Positions 59,611 to 64,000 of a stretch of DNA of 64,000 bases are shown in pieces. A program made the translations under genes and the position numbers. Below the pieces are notes generated by a model, which saw only the letters and a list, made by a program, of their open reading frames with translations, ran no database searches and was not told the DNA's origin. The first letter of the stretch is position 1. The number at the start of each line of letters is the position of its first letter. The stretch comes from an uncultured Erysipelotrichaceae bacterium (GTDB taxonomy: Bacteria; Bacillota_I; Bacilli_A; RFN20; CAG-826): NCBI GenBank assembly GCA_900315885.1, contig ONAT01000001.1, positions 81,920 through 145,919 of the forward strand. The letters are read 5' to 3'.

Positions 59611-59703
59611 TTATGTAGGTGCTTTTCCCTAGCAGGGCCCACCCTGAGCGATAAGATATTTGGATAGTTTTTATAGCTTTCCTTTGTGGGAAAGCTTTTT
59701 TCT
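59551..59703 (+). promoter_or_regulatory. SAM-I (S-box) riboswitch with intrinsic terminator, leader of metK
   Basis: P1 is TCTTATC (59551-57) / GATAAGA (59650-56). P2 is ATCACG/CGTGAT with AGGGA in the loop, followed by AGCAACC and GGTGC. J3/4 TCCCT is complementary to AGGGA (pseudoknot). P4 is CAGGG-CCCA-CCCTG. The terminator is AGCTTTCC/GGAAAGCT followed by T7 (59675-59703). Confidence 0.8.
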
Positions 59704-59721
59704 ATGAGAAAAGAGGAAATT

Positions 59722-60882
59722 ATGGAAGAAAAGATTTTATTTACAAGTGAATCTGTATCAGAAGGACATCCAGATAAATTATGTGATCAAATCTCTGATG
59801 CAATTCTAGATTATTGCTTACAAAAAGACCCTGATTCACATGTAGCGTGTGAATGCTTTGTAACAACCGAACATTTAATTATTGGGGGAGAAATTACCAC
59901 TAAAGCATCTTTAAACAAAGTAAAAATTGCGGAAATTGCGCGTAATGTTATGCGTAAAATTGGTTACACTGATGCAACGTTAGGTATTGGTGCAGATAGT
60001 TGTAAAATTGATGTGTTGATTAAACCTCAATCCCCAAATATTGCTCAAGGTGTCAATCAACCTATTCAAGGCGCAGGTGATCAAGGAATTATGTTTGGCT
60101 TTGCCACAACTGAGTCAGAAGGTTATATGCCTTTGGCGTTAGTTATTTCACATAAACTTGTTCGTTATGCTTCAAATTTAAGAAAAATGGGAGCGTTCAA
60201 ATGGGCAAGACCAGATATGAAAGCACAAGTAACTATTGATTATACTGATATGAAAAATATCCGTGTTGATACAGTGTTAATGTCAATCCAACATGATGAA
60301 GACTACAACGAAAAACAATTTAAAGATTTCATCTATAACGAAATTATGAAAAAAGTTGTAGCATCGTTTGGCTTAAATACTGATTTTAAGTATCTAATCA
60401 ATCCAACTGGCAAATTCGTTATTGGCGGTCCAGCTGGCGATACTGGTTTAACTGGTAGAAAAATAATTGTCGATACTTATGGCGGAAGTGCACGTCATGG
60501 CGGAGGTGCTTTCTCTGGTAAGGATCCAAGTAAGGTTGATCGTTCTGCGGCTTATATGGCACGTTATGTAGCAAAAAACCTTGTAGCAGCAGGTGTTGCT
60601 GATAAATTAGAAATTCAATTAAGCTATGCAATAGGAGTGGCAAAACCATTAAGTGTCAATGTTGAAGGATTTAACACTTTAAAATATGACACTAAAAAGA
60701 TACTTAAAATTATTGATAAGGTATTTGATTTGACTCCAGCTGGTATCAATAAAGCATTCTCTTTAACACATCCTTCATTTAAATATGAAGAATTAGCGAG
60801 TTATGGCCATTTTGGTAGACCAGATTTAGATTTACCTTGGGAAAAACTTGATAAAGTTGAAACAATAAAAAAGCTTCTCTAA
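59722..60882 (+). CDS. metK: S-adenosylmethionine synthase
   Basis: FTSESVSEGHPDK, GAGDQG and GGGAFSGKD motifs. The start is set at ATG 59722 after AAGAGG. Confidence 0.97.
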   Translation: MEEKILFTSESVSEGHPDKLCDQISDAILDYCLQKDPDSHVACECFVTTEHLIIGGEITTKASLNKVKIAEIARNVMRKIGYTDATLGIGADSCKIDVLIKPQSPNIAQGVNQPIQGAGDQGIMFGFATTESEGYMPLALVISHKLVRYASNLRKMGAFKWARPDMKAQVTIDYTDMKNIRVDTVLMSIQHDEDYNEKQFKDFIYNEIMKKVVASFGLNTDFKYLINPTGKFVIGGPAGDTGLTGRKIIVDTYGGSARHGGGAFSGKDPSKVDRSAAYMARYVAKNLVAAGVADKLEIQLSYAIGVAKPLSVNVEGFNTLKYDTKKILKIIDKVFDLTPAGINKAFSLTHPSFKYEELASYGHFGRPDLDLPWEKLDKVETIKKLL

Positions 60883-60898
60883 TTTGAGAAGTTTTTTT
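60873..60898 (+). terminator. Rho-independent terminator
   Basis: CTTCTC / GAGAAG hairpin spanning the stop codon, followed by T7. Confidence 0.65.
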
Positions 60899-61013
60899 CC
60901 ATATGCACCTACATTATAGCAAAAAAAATTATTTAATAAAATACTATATTTTATTTAAATAAAATGCGAAAATAATAGTGTGAGATATACTCACATTATT
61001 TGGAAAGGAGATT

Positions 61014-61568
61014 ATGAAGATGAAATACCAAATAATAGGAAAAAATATTGAAGTAACAGATGGAATTAAAGAAGCTCTATTAAAAAAAATGAGCAGAATG
61101 GACAAATACTTTGTCATTGATGATGATGTTACATGCCGCGCAGTTGTGAGAACTTATAAAACTGGCCAAAAAGTTGAAATTACAATCTTTACAAAAATGA
61201 TGGACTTCCGTGCTGAAGTCGTTGATGACGATTTATATGCCGCCTTTGATTTAGCTATTGATAAACTAGAAGGACAAATGCGTAAATTAAAAACAAGATT
61301 AGACCGCCGCAACCGCGAGGGACTTGGAAAATCTATTGCATTTGAAAACTTTGACGCTGAACAAGAAGAGGAAGAAAACGACGAAGTTATTCGTACAAAA
61401 TCATATATGCTTACACCAATGTCCGTGGATGAAGCAATTACAAGAATGGAAGCATTAGGACATAACTTCTTTATGTATCTAGATGATGAAGATCAAATGA
61501 TTTCTGTCTTGTATCGCCGTGCTGATGGTGGCTTAGGTATTATTCAAGCTGAAAACTCATTGAAATAA
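61014..61568 (+). CDS. hpf: Ribosome hibernation-promoting factor (long HPF)
   Basis: N-terminal YfiA/S30AE domain (IIGKNIEVTDGIK) plus the C-terminal dimerisation domain (KSYMLTPMSVDEAI..MEALGHNFFMY). Confidence 0.92.
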   Translation: MKMKYQIIGKNIEVTDGIKEALLKKMSRMDKYFVIDDDVTCRAVVRTYKTGQKVEITIFTKMMDFRAEVVDDDLYAAFDLAIDKLEGQMRKLKTRLDRRNREGLGKSIAFENFDAEQEEEENDEVIRTKSYMLTPMSVDEAITRMEALGHNFFMYLDDEDQMISVLYRRADGGLGIIQAENSLK

Positions 61569-61569
61569 G

Positions 61570-61592
61570 AAGAGGCTTAGGCCTCTTTTTTG
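61570..61592 (+). terminator. Rho-independent terminator
   Basis: AGAGGC-TTAG-GCCTCT followed by T6. Confidence 0.75.
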
Positions 61593-61671
61593 TTTGCTAA
61601 GGGAGCGTTACTTTAACTTTCTTAGCTTTTTTGGTAATTTTTTTAAGCAAAATCTCGTTTATTTGTAATGG

Positions 61672-62619
61672 GTGATTTTTGTGAAAATTAAAGTATTAAA
61701 ATTTGGAGGAACAGCCACAAGCACAAAAAACAATCGGGATTATATTATAGAAATTGTTAAAAAAAGAAAAGATGAGAAGGTATTAATTGTTTGTAGTGCG
61801 ATGGGAAGAATTGGTTTTCCTTATGCGACTGACACATTGCTTTCATTAATTGAAAAAGAAAAGATTACCATTAACGAAGTTTCTCGCCTTCTTTCTTGTG
61901 GAGAAGTAATTTCTGGTGTTGTTTTATCAAATGATTTAAACAAACAAGGAATTAAATCTTACGCCTTATCTATAGAAGAAGCGGGGATGCATAATCAAAG
62001 TGTGGATAATAGATTAATTTTAAAACTTTTTAGAAAATATGATGTACTTATTATGCCAGGCTTTCTTTATTTAAATGATAATAATGAGATTAGGACTTTT
62101 GCGCGTGGAGGCAGTGATTTATCCGCGGTTATCTGCGCTAAATCGTTAGATTTAAAAGAAGTTACATTATATAAAGATGTAGACGGCATAATGCCATATG
62201 TGTTCCCAGGTTTTAAACAAGCAACAGAATTTGACTTTTTAAATTATCAAGACGCTCTCGCTTTATGTTCAATTGGCTATAAGGTAATTCAAAAAGAAGC
62301 ATTAGAGTACGCTAGAAAAAATGAAATAGAAATTGTCATAAAAAATTATGTAAATGACTATCAAGGAACAAATATAGGAACAAATTATCCAAGTGTTGAT
62401 ATAATTGGTGTTTCTTTTAGCAAAGATTCGTTATTTGTTGCTACTCGTAAGATAGAAAAATATAAAAAAGAACTGGAAAATTGCTTTCTAGAAAAACATT
62501 TATTTGTTAAAAAACTTACTATACAAAAAACTTGTTTGATATTCCAATTTGGCATTAATCAACTTCAAATTGCGAAAAAATTAGTGATAGAAAAGTACTT
62601 TTCAAATTATATAAAATAA
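61672..62619 (+). CDS. Amino-acid-kinase family protein (short aspartokinase-like)
   Basis: KFGGTA(TS) N-terminal motif and GGSDLSA. At 315 aa it is too short for the usual double-ACT aspartokinase. The GTG start is uncertain (61672 or 61681). Confidence 0.7.
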   Translation: MIFVKIKVLKFGGTATSTKNNRDYIIEIVKKRKDEKVLIVCSAMGRIGFPYATDTLLSLIEKEKITINEVSRLLSCGEVISGVVLSNDLNKQGIKSYALSIEEAGMHNQSVDNRLILKLFRKYDVLIMPGFLYLNDNNEIRTFARGGSDLSAVICAKSLDLKEVTLYKDVDGIMPYVFPGFKQATEFDFLNYQDALALCSIGYKVIQKEALEYARKNEIEIVIKNYVNDYQGTNIGTNYPSVDIIGVSFSKDSLFVATRKIEKYKKELENCFLEKHLFVKKLTIQKTCLIFQFGINQLQIAKKLVIEKYFSNYIK

Positions 62620-62672
62620 TTTGTCTCTATGATTTATTCAAGAATGTGTGTATAATGTTTTTGGTGATTTAT

Positions 62673-63506
62673 ATGGCAAAAACTCTCGCTATAGACTTAG
62701 ATGGAACTTTGTTTTATCCACGCGAAAAAGTCAAAATGATACCTCAAGAAAACATTGATTTTATTCATGACTTTATCGATAATGGTAACAGAGTTGTTTT
62801 ATGCACTGGTCGTAATTTACCATATGCTTTAATGGTCCAAGAAAAGTTAGAGCGACAAGTTGATGTCATTGGATGTAATTCCGCATATATCTACATTAAT
62901 GGCGAAGTTAAAAAAATGTCGACATTTGAACCAAGTGTTATTGAAGAAATGGTTCAAGTATTTAAAGAAAAGTTTGATATTCATGCTTGGCTTTTAATGT
63001 CAAAAGATCAAAGTCTTGTCATCACTGGTAAAATGGGATTCTTTAAGAAAACTTTTTATAAGGCGTTTTACGCAAGCCAAGGTATTTATGCTGAAAAATA
63101 TGTTATTTCTGATAAAGTTTTTGAAGAAGAACTTGAACATGGAAAAATATTCAAATTGATGATGTTTTTTGGCTTAGGACAAAAAAATAAAAATAGAGCG
63201 TGTGAAGCAAATAAGTATTTAAGAGAGCATTATGGCGATAAAATTGAAGCGTCATGGACGGATAATTTTATTGAATTAACGCCAGCAGAAGTAAATAAGT
63301 CAAATGGCTTAAAACTATACTGTGAGATGACAAACACTAACGCAGATGATGTGTATGTCGTGGGAGATTCTGGCAATGATATTTCAATGTTTCAAACATA
63401 TAAAGAACATAGTTTTTGCATGAATCATAGTCCAGAAAAAATAAAGAAATTTGCTAAATATCATGTTGATATGGTCGCGGATATAAAGAACTATTTAGGA
63501 GAGTAG
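62673..63506 (+). CDS. Cof-type HAD-IIB phosphatase
   Basis: IDLDGTL and GDSGNDISMF motifs. The start is set at ATG 62673. Confidence 0.85.
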   Translation: MAKTLAIDLDGTLFYPREKVKMIPQENIDFIHDFIDNGNRVVLCTGRNLPYALMVQEKLERQVDVIGCNSAYIYINGEVKKMSTFEPSVIEEMVQVFKEKFDIHAWLLMSKDQSLVITGKMGFFKKTFYKAFYASQGIYAEKYVISDKVFEEELEHGKIFKLMMFFGLGQKNKNRACEANKYLREHYGDKIEASWTDNFIELTPAEVNKSNGLKLYCEMTNTNADDVYVVGDSGNDISMFQTYKEHSFCMNHSPEKIKKFAKYHVDMVADIKNYLGE

Positions 63507-63510
63507 AAAA

Positions 63511-64000
63511 ATGGATAACTTTAAACACACAGAAATGATTACGTACTTTTATTTAAAGAATTTAAGAGAATTATTAGAGTACGCTACAAACAAGAACAAA
63601 ACAAAAGAAGATTATGATACTAAGAAAAAGATATTTGAACAAGTAATATCAGAAAATGGTTTAATTACCACAATTGTTATTAAAAATAATCCGGATCAAA
63701 CTGATAAAATTAAAGAATTATTTGAGGACTTTATGTTTAATGTCTTCAACGATCGAGTTATTTCTTTTGAAGATAACAAAATGCATTTTGATGTAGCCTT
63801 GAAATTAAATTTCTTCAAATCAATTCATGATGTTCATGAATTATTTAATTCAGTATCTTTATCACAAATTAATTTTGCTCATAACAAACAACAAGAAAAT
63901 TATGATAAATCAATTGAAGAATTATTAAATAAAGAAGATGTATTATATCGAACATTCTTCTTAAGTGTTTTAGATTTTGCAGTTCGTGAAACATTCTTAG
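63511..64000 (+). CDS. Hypothetical protein, 5' part (runs off the window)
   Basis: ATG 63511 lies 7 nt after TAGGAGAG. I translated the frame by hand and it stays open to position 64000 (MDNFKHTEMITYFYLKNLRELLEYA...). No family recognised. Confidence 0.5.
   Translation, partial: MDNFKHTEMITYFYLKNLRELLEYATNKNKTKEDYDTKKKIFEQVISENGLITTIVIKNNPDQTDKIKELFEDFMFNVFNDRVISFEDNKMHFDVALKLNFFKSIHDVHELFNSVSLSQINFAHNKQQENYDKSIEELLNKEDVLYRTFFLSVLDFAVRETFL

Overview
This is a low-GC chromosomal segment from a Firmicute that uses the standard genetic code. TGA acts as a stop, for example at the ends of mutL and of the 49123-50235 ORF. Spore genes (cotE, and yunB-like and yutH-like ORFs) and a class A PBP indicate a walled spore-former, possibly Erysipelotrichia or Bacilli-like; that placement is inference only. 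About 90% of the window is tightly packed housekeeping DNA:
- cotE-mutS-mutL-miaA-tcdA-fhs
- two tandem fused MacB-type ABC transporters, then csp
- ychF-ispF-gltX
- a PBP, then rpoE-fba and nrnA plus an IMPase-family gene
- nfu
- a 5-tRNA operon
- an S1-domain/pgi fused ORF, then ispD
- gpmI-eno and an M3 oligoendopeptidase
- the complete atpIBEFHAGDC operon, then trpS
- an envelope block: two large unknown exported proteins, glf, a GT4 glycosyltransferase and a flippase-like protein
- mgtE, pduL, a SAM-I riboswitch with metK, hpf, an amino-acid-kinase protein and a Cof phosphatase

The stretch that looks accessory is about 25.1-30.0 kb, between nfu and the terminator of the tRNA operon. It holds two tandem paralogous 3-TM proteins of unknown family, a PcrA/UvrD-type helicase with an extra HTH and a C-terminal membrane anchor, and an orphan 83-aa ORF. 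These sit among long AT-rich spacers. This is my best candidate for an undescribed system, but no nuclease, toxin, integrase or att repeat is visible, so the call is tentative.

Other points worth a second look:
- an in-frame GSP13-like S1 / Pgi fusion that keeps an internal RBS and start
- a 972-aa lipoprotein with three ~210-aa internal repeats, translationally coupled to a 370-aa membrane protein
- a metK riboswitch and its promoter embedded in an upstream ORF
- an unusually divergent enolase

I saw no CRISPR arrays, rRNA genes, transposases or integrases.
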